A stretch of DNA of 60,726 nucleotides, filler included, from Nemertoderma westbladi (lineage: Eukaryota > Animalia > Xenacoelomorpha): assembly GCA_032718475.1 (NCBI GenBank). It is 4 parts of 4 records of this genome, joined end to end, with 100 filler letters (N's around TTAATTAATTAA, not from the genome) between each part and the next. Parts side by side here need not be neighbours in the genome. Positions count along the whole stretch, not along the records: positions 1 to 21,157 come from JAUCBJ010004119.1; positions 21,258 to 36,515 come from JAUCBJ010000188.1; 2 more parts are not named here. One strand, 5' to 3'. How positions within the stretch are numbered: the first letter of the stretch is position 1; each line of letters begins with the position of its first letter. The translations under genes and the position numbers were made by a program. A model generated the notes under the pieces. The model saw only the letters and a program-made list of their open reading frames with translations, did no database searches and was not told the origin of the DNA. Shown in pieces: positions 10,904 to 24,085 of this stretch.

Positions 10904-13900
10904 GGGTATAACTTTTCGCCATATCCGTTTCCGTATGTACATACGCGTCGCGTATGTGCGTATGTAATGGATTCCTATGGAGAATAATCCGTATGTGATT
11001 TTAGAGATTAGGCATCGCGGACCAGTAAGAAGTGCACAGCACGCATGCAGACTGAAGACAGGTAGGCCTACTTAAAGTTTAGTGATTTAATGAGTGTGGC
11101 TGCCGCTACCTATGTCAAATAAACAATGCAGGACAGGTCCAGGATGAGTGACAGCCGGTTTCCGCCAGCCCCGGGATGCGCCAGCAGTGCAGTACCTACT
11201 GGATTAACCAGTTAACTCTTCTTGACGCCGCTTGGAAAACTAACCACCCCGTGATTTATTTTTGAACTGTACAACTGAACTTAAATATATAATGACAATG
11301 ATGTACAATATTTTACCGAAACCCTCCCTCTCAATTAAAGAAACTTTTAACTGCAGCACTTATTCAGCTTTTATACAACCGGCTACAAAACCACGACGAG
11401 GGCGACCGTCCGGTGGCTTCACCATACTTTGCAAACCAAAACTGAACCCCTCCATGATATCCCGTACAAACAACTACATAATAGTGGAAACTATCTGCGC
11501 GTATTGCCTACTATTTTATTTTACCCCGGAGCTCCCGGTTGAGGATATTGTGTTGGACATATCGCATGCGTTATCTCTCGTTGATAATAAAAAAGTTATC
11601 ATTGTTGGCGGAGATTTTAACTGCCGGCTTGATGCTGGCTCGCGAGGAGACAACTTAACGGATTATTTCTCCAACATTGGGTTCTCTCTGCTAAATCAAA
11701 GCAGCACTCCAACATACATATCGCCACAAGGCGAAAGTGTAATAGATCTGTTATATATACAATACGCAGGATTCATACCTTTGACATTGCCAATGGTCGA
11801 TATTGCTCAAAACGCAATTCGAAAACACCAACGACTTTCCGTAGTCATCAGACTTAACTACCCATCAATTACAGTAACTAAACGCCCAACCCCGTTAAGC
11901 AGAAAGTTAATCATTACCAAACTGGCCCAGAATGGTACATTGGGAAATGTCTGCAACCTACTTACTGCTGATATGGACATTGAGCAGGCATCAACTCAAC
12001 TTACGGAAATTATCGTTAACTCAACGGCCCGGAAGAGAGCCCCTACTAACCACAATGGAAAACCTTGGTTCGATTCAAATTGCATGGTGGCAAAGAACTC
12101 CCTGATGGTTGCAATGAATAACCGGAATAATTCGGACAGGGATAAACTAACCTTCTGGAACCTCCGCAAATCATATAAAAACCTACTAAAAGGAAAATGC
12201 CAATCATACGAGGACCAGCAATTGCTGGAAAAACTCAATAAAGCTGAAGTCAATCCATGGGCTCTATTCAAAAGTCACACCCCCTCAGTGGCACCAATTG
12301 ATTCCAACCGTCTGGAGAGCCACTTCCAGAACTTTCTTGGGGTACCGAACAATCCCCCCAATTGTGATGAAGAGCCATGCCCATCGGAAGTCGAACAATT
12401 AGAAACCGAATGGTACAATGAACCCTTCACTCAGCAGGAGGTAAATGAAGTAATATCCTCAGCGGCCAATAAGAAGGTGTGTGTGGGCCGAACAGAATCT
12501 ACTTCGAACATCTAAAACTCTCCTCCTCGGTCCTTCTCACCACAATCACGCTACTTTTCAACACCTGTTTGTATATTGGCAAACTACCTACAATTTGGAG
12601 AGAAAGCATCTTAATTATCATCTACAAAGGAAAGGGCCCCGTCACAAATCCTGATAATTATAGAGGGATAGCTCTTCTGTGCGTCCTCTTGAAAACTCTA
12701 ACCTCTGTAATCGACAAACGAGTTCGTAAATGGATATCCTTTATCAAATATATACCACTGGAACAATATGGATTTTCCCCTGGGAAATCTACTATTGACA
12801 CTCTGCGAAATCTTCTAAAGGTTATCTCCACGCGCTTAAACTCAACCAACAAAAACGAACGCGTGCTTTATGCTGCATTCGTTGACTTTCGCAAAGCTTT
12901 TGATATGGTTAGTCGAATCAAACTCCTATCCAAAATCCACGCAGCTGGTATAAAAGGAAAGCTATATAACTTGATACGGGCGTTATTGGATAATAATATT
13001 CGCGTTTTCGATGGAGTAAAATTATCAAATATTATACACCAACTCCGGGCTGTGCTCCAGGGTGACTGCTTCAGCCCCACATGTTTCCTGATCCTCATCG
13101 CAGACCTCGCCTTCATTTTGCGTCAAGTAGCAGCAACTATTAAGTTCATTTTCTTTGCAGACGACCTTGTATTTTACTCTTCAACACGGGAAGACATTCA
13201 ACAGGGCTTAGACGTTCTTCATCAGTGGTGCATTGTTAATGGCATGGAAGTAAACCTCACCAAAACAAAAATCATAAAATTTAGGAAAGGTGGCCGTCTA
13301 GCACTGAACGACAAATTCACTTATGCTGGTTCCAATGTCATCGTGACAAATAAATACGAATATCTAGGTGTAATCTTACAGCCTTCTCTATGCTTCAGTG
13401 AACATATCAAATCAAAAAAGAAGAAATCGTACAGTGTAATTGGCTCAATAAATAATTTACCTCTCTTATCTGTAGAGACCGGTTTACGGATTTTCAACAT
13501 GAAATTTGCCCCAATGATATTATATGCACTGCCTGAGATTGCTCCTTTCCTTAAACTCCCGCAACTAAAAGATATAGACAAGATAAAAACGACATTTATT
13601 AAGAAAATGCTAAACTTGCACACCTCTGCCTCCTCCACGATGGCCCTCAATCTGATCGGCGAGAAGTCATTGGTGGAAGAAATTTGCAAGATGCATCCAA
13701 ATATTTTCGATACTAACTCTCTCGCCCTATACTCTAACTTCAGGGAGGAGCGGGAGGCTAACTTCATCGCGGCTGGTTACGCACTCGGTCCCGGGTTCTC
13801 ATCTTCTGGCTGGAAATTACCTGGCCAGCGAAACCGCCATCTCATAACGAGGTCAACCTCGCACGGTTTCCACCATAAACTGTGCAGGAACTCAGTCCCC

Positions 13901-14671
13901 TTCCACGACCTATCCGATGGCTGCGCATGCCGGTACTGCAACAGGTCTGCCAAAACCGCTACCACGCTCTGGTTTGCCCCACGTGCCCATCGCTATCTCA
14001 ACTATCGTTGTAAATACATCTCACTTCCACCACTCTTAACTTTATTTTTAGCTATATTTAATTTTAGAATTGTTTTATTTAAATCTATTGAAAATTATGT
14101 GCTGTGCTTTTATAAATTTACCTGGCCTACCCTATTTGCCCCGGTTGGGGGCGTATCTTCAATATATATTAACATATACAGTAATATACCTTTACTTTCG
14201 CTGTTTCGGGGCCATTATATAGTTAACCATATACAGCCAAGTGCCTACAAGTCTAACCTAGTCTGCTAGTGCCAGTTAGTCAAACCACGTGTCTGTGAGT
14301 GCAACCGGGTGCCAGTGCCAGTAATTAATCTAAGTCCAACCGGGCGGCCAGTGTCAGTTAGTACAATAAAACAAGCGCTGTGGCGCATCCCGGGGCTGAA
14401 GGAAAATCATCTGTCACTCAACATGGACCTACAATGTTTATTTGCCATTAGGTAGCGGCAGCCACACTCATTAAATCACTTAGCTCTAAGTAGGCCTACC
14501 TGTCTTCAGTCTGCATGTGTGCTGTGCACTTCTTACTGGTCCGCAATGCCTAATCTTTAAAATCACATACGGATTATTCTCCATAGGAATCCATTACATA
14601 CGCACATACGCGCATGTACATATGGATACGGCAAATGCATACGGATACGGATACGGCGAAAAGTTATACCC
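10904..14671. mobile_element. Non-autonomous DNA transposon with ~280-bp TIRs (PIF/Harbinger-like ends) enclosing a LINE
   Basis: Arms 10904-11183 and 14381-14671 are reverse complements; termini GGGTATAACTTTTCGCC / GGCGAAAAGTTATACCC. Right flank TAA, left flank TGT, so no clean TSD. Confidence 0.85.
11262..14170 (+). mobile_element. 5'-truncated non-LTR retrotransposon ORF2 (APE endonuclease + RT), RTE-X-like, two frameshifts
   Basis: APE motifs ETF, GRPSGG, GDFN, SVIDL. RT motifs NYRGIALL, QYGF, FVDFRKAFD, QGDCFSP, FADD, YLG. C-terminal HGFHH..CxC..C; frameshifts near 12475 and 13952; AT-rich tail near 14160. Confidence 0.9.
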
Positions 14672-15764
14672 TAAAATTGTTACCGGTATTCAATTTCTAA
14701 ATAAAATTGTATAATCTATTTCATTAAAAATCTAACTCACAATTAATAATAATACTAGAGGGATATAATGAAGTTGATAATAAAGTGTATTCGAAATTGT
14801 ACAAAATGTGAATACGCAAGTAGTCTAAATAAATAACATTAGTTCAGAACAATATTGTACGGTAGAAATGTAACATAGTACAAAAGTATTATTATTATTT
14901 AACCATGTGGTTTATCACATAAACCACATGGTAGACCGTTAACTGTTAATGGATTTCGTTAAGAAGAAGGGTAGCCCAACGATTCTAACTGTTGTAATAG
15001 TGTATTATAATATAGTTTTAATGGTGTTGTAATATCAAGTATTAGTAATATATTTAACATTGTCATACAATAACACTGTTACCGTTACCGTCTCGCCATA
15101 TCTTTTACTTCGGCTTGAAGGTTACGTCGCGTTTCAGCTACTGTAATGTCTCGTATCGGCAAAAGTTAAGTTTCGGCAAAAGAAAATAAAGATAAACACT
15201 AAGTTTGTTAGATTCATATTACTATAATGGTTTAATTCAATAATTAACAGCTGTATAGTTCGTGTGTAATTTGTTCTTTATGTAATTTGTTCGTTCTAAA
15301 CTGTTATTTACATACATATGTGTGCAAAAGAAGCACCTGGGCGCCTGCCTGGGCGTGTGCTGGTGCGAGTGGTTTCCTACATGAACGAACGTATTGAGTG
15401 GAGACAGGTGGACGCAAATCCGGGGTGCAGTCACTTGCCAAGTACAGTATGCCATATGCCCAATGAATCACATGCCCAATATAAAAATAAAACGAAAAAT
15501 AAAAATAAGTCACTTCCCCTATAAGTCACTTGCCCAATAGCCTAAGATGCTAAAGATGTCTACAAAATTGGATTCTCTAAACTTATGTCGTTGCATGTCA
15601 CATATAGATAATTAAGTCAATAAAATCAATATAGTTATTGCAATACTAAAAAACATAATAACAGATTTGTTCGGAACTTTTCGTATATTTTTCTATGTAT
15701 ACATCATCAGCCGAGTATTGCAGTAATAAATGGCAGCCGGCTTTGAAAATTACATCTCAAGAAC

Positions 15765-15830
15765 CTGTGGTCTAGTGGTTGTTGTCTCGGCTTCCACCTC
15801 CAAGTCCCAGGTTCGAATCCGACAACACGC
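15765..15830 (+). mobile_element. tRNA-derived SINE head
   Basis: A-box TGGTCTAGTGG 15768-15778 and B-box GGTTCGAATCC 15810-15820. Confidence 0.6.
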
Positions 15831-15980
15831 TGACCCATTAAGGTCGAAACGTGCCCGTGGTTTGGCGAGATATAAGATATTAATTTCATTATAAACAATT
15901 ACGCGATCCCTAAATTTGTACACTACCCGGTTAAAAAGTGCCAATAAAAGATAAGTTATTTCCGGATAAAATAAACCAGA

Positions 15981-16451
15981 TGTCATGAAGGAATCATGCA
16001 ATTTGTGATATTGTTGACCGAAGCCCTCACATTGTCGAAAGAAATATTGTTGTCTCCAATAATCACCATATATTACGTATAATATAATAAATAATCCTAA
16101 ATATCCTAAAATACAAATATAATTTTCTGCACAAATTACTCACAGTACTCACAACCGTGAGTCTGTGCCAATATTGAAGACTGAGCTCACAATTCCGGGT
16201 TTTCTCAAACTAAAATTTCTACATATCATTAAGCTGAATAGCACTGCTGATATACTGTATTTATCGCCTGACATTGTGTTACATCAAATTATACTGTATC
16301 TCATAAATTGTACTGAACACCGGAATTGTTTGCTTTTCAACTAATTATTGAAACAATAAAGACGATAAATAAATTACATAAATTGAACATACATAATAAA
16401 AACGGATATTGCCAATGAAGCCTACTCAAATTCCGATTACAATTTATGACA
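15981..16451 (-). repeat. 3' LTR of the BEL/Pao element
   Basis: TGTCAT...ATGACA, 471 bp, direct repeat of 20361-20832, adjacent to the PPT. Confidence 0.97.
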
Positions 16452-17262
16452 CTCCCCCTTGTTAGTTGTAAAACTAACAACACGATAAATTAAATTATAA
16501 CCTCATCCATAATCTAAGTTGATGTTAATTTGCATAATAACTACGGAATTTTGTAATATTGGAGGCGTCATTAATTTCGAGAGGATAAATTTGTCTAAGA
16601 GAGCGAACAAGAACTCTAGCTTGCTTTCCCCTAGGCACGAGTTTGATTTTTGCAGACCTTATTGATCCATCTCGAGACACAATAAGTTCTTGTATATAAC
16701 ATAATTTCCACATACGTCTCCAACGCTAGGAATTGTTTGTGATTTTCGTGAAACATTGTTTTTGGTGTGCGTGCTTTGTAATTCACTAAGGTAGTCTGCG
16801 CGCCAAAGGTAGGTAAAAGCGTTGCTAGATGGCTCTTGATATTTGGCTCTGTCAATTAGAGCAGCTCTATTACTAGAGTTTGGGATTGGTAGAGTAATTT
16901 TGACTGATGGGTCAGGTAATGCACACAGTCTTTTACCGACAAGAAAATGACTAGGAGTTAAAGGCTGAATATCATCCTCTAACTTACTGTATACGTATGT
17001 AATGGGTCTACTGTTGACTGCTGCCTCTACCGATAGGAGGACACTGTGAAGTTCTTCTAAGGAAAGAATTGCACGGCCTATAGACTTGCGAAAGCAATTC
17101 TTCATCGTACCTACTACACGTTCTATGAACCCGAATGCTTGCGGGTTGCGTGCAATATTATTTTCCCATTTTATATTGTATTCTCCGAATAAGCGCACTA
17201 CTTCGGGGTCACTCAAAAATGTTTGATATATTTTTAACTCTTTTGCTGAACATTTAAAGTTA

Positions 17263-17999
17263 CAGTACAGGCCACCAGAAAACGCAGATTTGTACAATTG
17301 TGAACACATTTTATCAAATGTGTACCGGTGTAATGTAATGTTGTTGAACGGGACAATTGAACATAATTGAACATAATTGAATTGGCAACAACCAAAATTT
17401 TTTCGCCAAAGGATACAATTGAATACTTTTGAAACGCTTAGTAATCTGGAAACTCTCTGTAGTTTGCCGCGAACTGTCACTCACTGCAGCTGGAAATGCG
17501 ATAAGGATATTGTTTACCTTTATAGTGTGCGGTTAATAGTGCCTAGTAGGCAGGCCTATAGTTAGTGATGTTAAGGCATCTTCTGGTGTTTCTCTGACTA
17601 ATGGCGCGACATCTCCCTGCACTAAATCAATTATTCAATGGTCTAGGCTCCTCCATCCACATGCCCATATCCACTCCCATACACTCCATGAACATTAACA
17701 GTGTGCGGTTAGTAGTCTCTATATACACTCCATGAACCTCCATGTGGTCTTGTATGTAGTTCTCTCTCTACCAATACAGCCCATGTCCGCAATGTTACGC
17801 CCTGGGGGCTCTCTCATCTACCTGATATCAGACATACAGGCGCACCGCACACAAAGCCTTTGTCGGTCCCAGCAAGTCAGCCTCCTGCTGTGTGATCTAG
17901 AAGATAACTCACCATAACCTGCCAATCAGATGACTTGAACAAATGTGTTCACATGTGATCACATTGGATGAAATCTGCTTTTTCTTGTGGCCTGTACTG
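17263..17999. mobile_element. Tc1/mariner (pogo-like) MITE inserted in the BEL integrase
   Basis: TIR CAGTACAGGCCAC(C/A)AGAAAA(C/A)GCAGATTT with TA target duplication; removing it restores S-D-N-G-T-N-F-K. Confidence 0.93.
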
Positions 18000-20360
18000 T
18001 AGTACCGTTATCGCTATATATTATTTGTGTAACACCTCTCCTGGCAATAAATCTTTTAAATGAATTTATGAATGCACTCGCCATAAGAGAACGTACCAGT
18101 TCCAGATGAACCGCTCTCACAGTTGCACAAGTAAACAAACATATCCATTGCTTGCCTGTAACGGGTATAGCAACTGTAGTTTTAGCCACAGCTGTTATAG
18201 GCCCTGCAAAATCTATGCCAACAGCGCTAAAGGGTCCGAGAGTATCAACAGTTCTTGGTTCAGGTAAAGGGCCAATCTTAGGCATATCAAATGGCTTGCC
18301 TTTATAATGACTGCCTTTGTAATGACCTTTTGGTGGTAATAGAATTGGATTTTGTGTGTGGGTAGGAATAAATTCATTTACTACTCTACCTGAACAAATA
18401 ATTAAACCTGACTTACTAAGTCTTAAGTTTAATTGTTTGACTATACTTGGACAAGTTACTGATTTTCCTTGTAAATACTCTATTACATTTGGGTAACTAG
18501 TTTGTTGCTCTGCTTCAATAACTCGTCTCTCGGCTTCACCAAGCTCACTAGCTGAGACATAGTTAAGAAACAGTGCTGAATCAGTCTTGCGTTTTGGTGC
18601 TTGCAGGTTACTAATGAATCTTAAGACCCAAGCTAGAGTCCGTAGTAGATGTCGTTTCGTACTGTAGTCTGTTATATTGATTACATTGTTTAATGCTGAC
18701 AATGGTGTACTAACAGAAACGGCGATTACTGGTCCAGACTTTATTTCATTGAGCTTCTTGTGCCTTGTGTTTCAACAATAACTTGTGATGGTGGCCAGTC
18801 ATCATCCCCCCCTGAAAGAAAGTCTGGACCGTGGAACCACAATTTATTGTTTACCAATTGGGCAGCTGTTGTTATCCGAGTAGCTGCGTCCGCCGGATTT
18901 TGTTTACCTGGACAATGCCGCCAAATTGCTCCTAAATTAGATGCAATTTGTCGCATTTCCTTTACTCGGTTTTGCACGAATTGTTTCTCTGATGTATTGG
19001 GTATTGCAAGCCAATACAAAACATCTAAAGCATCTGTCCAACAGAATATCCTGGAGATACTTTTCCTTATATTTGCGGGGAGTGAATTTGATACAAACAA
19101 TATAAGTCTTGATCCAACTAATCCGCCTAATAACTCAAGCCGTGGTATAGAAGGATCTTGCTGTGGCGCTATTTTTGACTTGCTGGTTAATAAACGAGTT
19201 GTAACTGAATCATCAATGTTCATAATGCGAATGTAAACAGCTGCTGCATATATGTTTTTACTTGCATCAGAAAACATATGCAACTCATCATATTTGTTTG
19301 GATTAATAGGACTAAAAATACACCTTGGAACTACAACTTGATTTAATATTTCTAATCCTTCTATCCAGTGGGGCCATTGTTCTAAGTAGGGATGCGGCAA
19401 AGGAGCATCCCATTTAACCTCCGTCTGAGACAATTTTCGATACGCTATTTTCAGAGCAACTGAAAATGGCGATATTAGACCTAAAGGGTCATATATCCGT
19501 GCAGTAATTTGCAATAGAGATTTTTTTGTTGGAGTCGAAGTATCTGCGAATTGTTTTAAATGAGTGAGGTTATAACCCAACATATCTGAGCTACGATCCC
19601 ACACCTGTCCTAATACCCTGGTAATTGTTCCGTTCTCACAATGATTTAAGTTTGATGACCCTGTCGACTCCTTTGCATAAGTCTGGTCTTCCTCGTGTAC
19701 AATGGGAACCATGTTGGTATCCAATGACACAATTTGCTGCTTTTCTAATTTGTCTATTTGTTCTTGTAATATTTGGGAATTTGATAACCATTTTCTTAAC
19801 TCAAATCCACCGGATAACATAAAACGCTTAGCGTTTTATAAAATAGAAAACCAGACTTTATGCTCTGAGCCCCGGATATCAAATCGTCTACGTAGATGTC
19901 ATCTTTCAATTTCCCTAATGCCTCTTTTTCAGATTCTAAACTTGCTAAATTCAAATTTTCAGCTTCATTGGCTTTTTCTAATTTAGAATCTAAATGTATA
20001 GCAATTATTTTGCACAAAATATGCGGACTTGTTGTTAGGCCAAACACGTTGTTAGGCACGCGCACGTTGTTAGGCACGCGTATAGCGATATGCTTTAATA
20101 TTTGGGTTAGAACAATTTACCTCATTTATGTCCTTGACCCATAGAAATCTCAGCATATCTCTATCATATTTGTCTATGACACATTGCATAAATGCAACTT
20201 TTATGTCTGCTACAAATGCAATACGGTGAAATCGAAAACCCATTAACACTTTTGCCAATGATGGCAATAGAGTGTAACTGTTTTAAACAGCATTATTGAC
20301 TTACCATTAATATTTTCTTCATTGTCTTGAAGGCTTCCTTGCGATTTTTATCGGGCGCCA

Positions 20361-20832
20361 TGTCATGAAGGAATCATGCAATTTGTGATATTGTTGACCG
20401 AAGCCCTCGCATTGTCGAAAGAAATATTGTTGTCTCCAATAATCACCATATATTACGTATAATATAATAAATAATCCTAAATATCCTAAAATACAAATAT
20501 AATTTTCTGCACAAATTACTCACAGTACTCACAACCGTGAGTCTGTGCCAATATTGAAGACTGAGCTCACAATTCCGGGTTTTCTCAAACTAAAATGTCT
20601 ACATATCATTAAGCTGAATAGCACTGCTGATATACTGTATTTATAGCCTGACATTGTGTTACATCAAATTGTACTGTATCTCATAAATTGTACTGAACAC
20701 CGGAATTGTTTGCTTTTAACTAATTATTGAAACAATAAAGACGATAAATAAATTACATAAATTGCACATACATAATAAAAACGGATATTGCCAATGAAGC
20801 CTACTCAAATTCCGATTACAATTTATGACGCA
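20361..20832 (-). repeat. 5' LTR of the BEL/Pao element
   Basis: About 7 differences from the 3' LTR by eye, including a 2-bp insertion at the outer end; adjacent to the PBS-like motif. Confidence 0.97.
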
Positions 20833-21157
20833 CCAGATAAGGAGATTAGCTATTTAATCGTACAGTGTTGATATTTTAATCAGTTCAGTAGGGCAATTCC
20901 TTCCGATTGAAAAGGGATAGCATAAGGATGTGTTTTTTTGTAAAAACCCACATTCCCACAGATTTCGTAAACTGCTAACGCCAATTTTCCTCAGTATAGT
21001 CCTAACATTTCTTAAACTTTGAGGTGCCGGCAAATACATTATTGTACTAACTATTTTACACATCAATGTCGCAGCAACCAGATAGGGGGCGTCTCCCTAT
21101 CATATTAGATAGTGTGTTAGGCTTAAATATTTCTAGACTCCAGATTTCCCAAAGTGC

Positions 21158-21257
21158 NNNNNNNNNNNNNNNNNNNNNNNNNNNNNNNNNNNNNNNNNNN
21201 NTTAATTAATTAANNNNNNNNNNNNNNNNNNNNNNNNNNNNNNNNNNNNNNNNNNNN
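21158..21257. other. Assembly gap with artificial six-frame-stop linker
   Basis: 44 N + TTAATTAATTAA + 44 N. Confidence 0.98.
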
Positions 21258-21699
21258 TACTGATTTATGTAGATAGTCAACTTATAAAATGTTTATTTAC
21301 TTAAATAAAGGGTTCTGGTGTAAGGATAGCCTCATGAGGTATATACCTCGTTTCCATGAGGGTCCTATAATAATTTTCATACTCTAATATTTAAAGCTAG
21401 TCAGACTGTGGTACCTAAGCTATATACTGTTAGGTATATTGCTGTATTGGGGTGGGGTTAGGAATAATCCATTTGTTTTAGCATTGAACTGTTGAATCCC
21501 CTTATTTATTATAAAACCATTGGAAATATTCGCAAATGCCGCTCCATTACTGTCTGATGTCTGAAACGCTCCCGACAGTCCGATGTATCTGGACCCGAGC
21601 AGCCGAGTTGCTTCAAGAGGTGATTAACGGGGGAATACTACGGAATTGCTTGTTTGTCAGTACGATTCTATTTGGGTATTTACTACACTCAGACACTGG

Positions 21700-22512
21700 G
21701 AATACGGCGGTCGGTCAGATCGTAATGCGGGCCACTGCCAAGTTCATCGTGCCTCACTCCGGTCACCCACCTTGGAGTGCGGTGGGAAGAGTCCCACTTA
21801 CTGACTTACGTCGACGACTGGACGAATCGACGAGGATTGCGATCTGGGTTTAGCGGCGGCCCGGATCCTGGGATCGCCTGGGGGAAATGGTTGAACGTTG
21901 GGCAGACGTTATCGCACTGGATTACGTTCTCTGTGACGCGAAAGTGTGAAGCGAATTCGTTGTCGAATTGGGTCGGAAGCTGCGGGAATTCTACTGTTCT
22001 ACGGGAGTAAACCGCAGCGGTCCGGTGACTAGACTACGGACGGATACTACTGGGATAAGCAGGTATTTCGATCGAGTTTCTCGTATTCTCGATGCTCGAG
22101 GCGGATAGAGAGTTGGTTGTGTTGGGCGGTGTTGTTCAATTCTATCAAACATATTAAATAATTGGTAAAATAATAAAAACACACCAGATAAAGATACTGA
22201 GCTTATGGTAAAGAGATAGGCCGAACTTACAATTTCCAAATAGATTGTTCATATAATAAATATATTTTTGGTATTTGATTTCAAGATAGGGGGGGGGGGG
22301 GGGGGGGGGCTGGACGCAATAAAAATTCATCCCTCTCCAGGGGAAATTGGACGCAAATAACAACAGCTGATTACTCTCAAAAATAAAACTGTAACCTGTT
22401 CTATTGTGTTTACTTTATTGTTTTGGTTAAAATAACGTGCCACTGTAACCTGCTCCTTTCCCAAAATTTAGAAATTAATATTGAGGCGGGATATTAATTC
22501 GCCAAGATGGGA
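21700..22512 (+). repeat. ~810-bp near-identical direct duplication, copy 1 (copy 2 at 35695-36515)
   Basis: GAATACGGCGGTCG...GCCAAGATGGGA present at both sites; the same 82-aa ORF is predicted in both. Confidence 0.97.
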
Positions 22513-22542
22513 TTTGCGTCCAGTCCCACCCCCCTCCTATCT
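22284..22542. mobile_element. MITE with AGATAGG(G)n..GGACGCAA termini; relatives at ~675-790, 32161-32320 and 36282-36515
   Basis: Left AGATAGGGG..CTGGACGCAA, right TTGCGTCCAGTCCCACCCCCCTCCTATCT; shared core TTATTGTTTTGGTTA(A/G)AATAACGTGCCACT. Confidence 0.75.
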
Positions 22543-22622
22543 CTTGATTTCACTAAAAAATAGAATACATTGCATTTTACTGTTATAATTACTGTATTGA
22601 ATAAAATAATTAATTGATTGTT

Positions 22623-22981
22623 TATTAAACCGTGCTAAGCACGTTGAACTGGAGCTCTAACAATTCCCCACTAGCGGCAGACAGGAACTGTAAAAGTCTC
22701 TGTAGAATTTCTAATTAAGCAATGCTCTTAGGTAACTACTACTAAATTTCAGATGAATCTGATCGTTGGTTCTATAATTACAGCTATTTTTACGTTTCTG
22801 TTAATTCGCCCCCTAGCGGCAGACCGGGGAACTGTAGAAGTCTGTCTGTGTGTAGAATTTCTAAATTTTTTTAAGACTACAAGTGTACCAAGTTTGGTTC
22901 CATTTCATCCATGATTGACCGACTTATTAGCGTTCAAACATTCCTGCCACGAATAAAAGCTGCAGGAACTCGAGCGATAAT
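22623..22981. mobile_element. HINE/pearl-like non-autonomous element with duplicated core
   Basis: Two CC.CTAGCGGCAGAC..GAACTGTA cores related to those in 7961-8452; terminal hairpin CGTGCTAAGCACG. Confidence 0.55.
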
Positions 22982-23699
22982 TAATTTATTTATTATTAAA
23001 TACTGTTTCAATTAAATTCTTTACGAAAATCTAGTCATCTTCTTTTAAATATGGACCCTGCATTCATGGAAAATATAATATTTGATAATTCATCAGTCAC
23101 CAGTCAGCCTACGCTAATTTCACAGCAAAGTCCTTGTCATGCATTGTGGTCAGGAGAATATCTGAATTTGTGGATAAGAAAGTTTGCCAGAAAGCCTTTC
23201 TGTTTCAGAATAACTAAACTTTACTGCTAATTTCTGTGACTGACGGAATTTCCAGCACTAGTGAGCAAATCATTTGTTTCCGTAAGATGGCTTACTGAAA
23301 TCCAATAATTATTTTTGTGAAATGGTTTACTGCAGTGGTGCTTCCAAAATATGCATGCATTTTGCATGGTAATGTATACCATAATATTTTTAAATTACTT
23401 TTAAAAACGTAAATTATTAGGATAATTATGTTATCAATTTTCAGCAGACTTTACATCCCAGTATTTTTTCTATGCGATCAAATATTTACTCATCCATACC
23501 CATTTCCTACACTTTAGATACCATACTTTTAGGATATGGAAACCATTTTTGGTGATGGGGATGTTAATTTTTTGATGTGAAGTGTGACCATTTTTCAATA
23601 ATCGCCCGATGGGCTTGATCTCTCAAACCAAAACTTCCTCTGCGGGGTTTGCGCGGCAGTAAAGATTGAAAGTCTGGAAGCTGGCATCCCTAGGTATTA

Positions 23700-24085
23700 T
23701 TATTATAAAGAGCGTCAGCCTGCGTTTAATAAATATATTTTAATACAAAACAGGTCGAACGCAAAGAGGCTTATAATGAAGACGAGTACTGCATTGATTA
23801 TATTCCTATAAAGCACCTGGCTTTGCATATTGAACGTGCGTTTGGAAATAAGTTCGTGCTACCCTTCCGTGGGTGGTAGATGTCGCGGTTATGTATTGGT
23901 GGGTGGGAAGGGAGGGGGGGGGGGGGGTGCAGATTAAAAGGGGTGAACACGTACTGTCCCCCTTTCTTTGATTAATTGGTGGTGTTGGTTAATCTCTCAT
24001 AACCTGATTTTGTGATACAGTCGCACAATTTTAATTTGTATCTCATAACTGGGCCTCGTGCTGCGCGAAGGCCCCACGAACGTGT
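23700..24085 (-). mobile_element. Helentron-like non-autonomous repeat (same family as 60455-60726 and 57004-57200)
   Basis: 23817-24085 is the diverged reverse complement of 60458-60726; terminal hairpin TCGTG..CACGA. Confidence 0.75.

Larger units (their letters stand above)
15981..20832 (-). mobile_element. BEL/Pao LTR retrotransposon, internally deleted (no gag body or protease), degenerate pol
   Basis: Paired LTRs, TSD CCAGA (15976-15980, 20833-20837), PBS-like TGGCGCCCGA (20351-20360), PPT AAGGGGGAG (16452-16460). RT ADIK/YVDD, Pao RNase H FSDAS and IPRLEL, integrase GIDFAGP, SDNGT, NSRP, LTPSHFL. Confidence 0.97.

Noticed and set aside
11262-14269. Retron, group II intron or DGR-type RT system
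   Set aside because: The RT is fused to an APE endonuclease and carries LINE-specific motifs; the flanking IRs look like transposon TIRs, not msr/msd or template/variable repeats.
11996-19236. Long antisense ORFs (e.g. 13321-13767, 18760-19236)
   Set aside because: Shadows of retroelement coding strands with no recognisable motifs.
21202-21213. TTAATTAATTAA palindrome as a biological site
   Set aside because: Identical in the centre of all three gaps; an assembly linker.
21536-22363. Short ORFs in the duplicated block
   Set aside because: No motifs; homopolymer indels between the copies disrupt some frames; poly-Pro comes from G runs.
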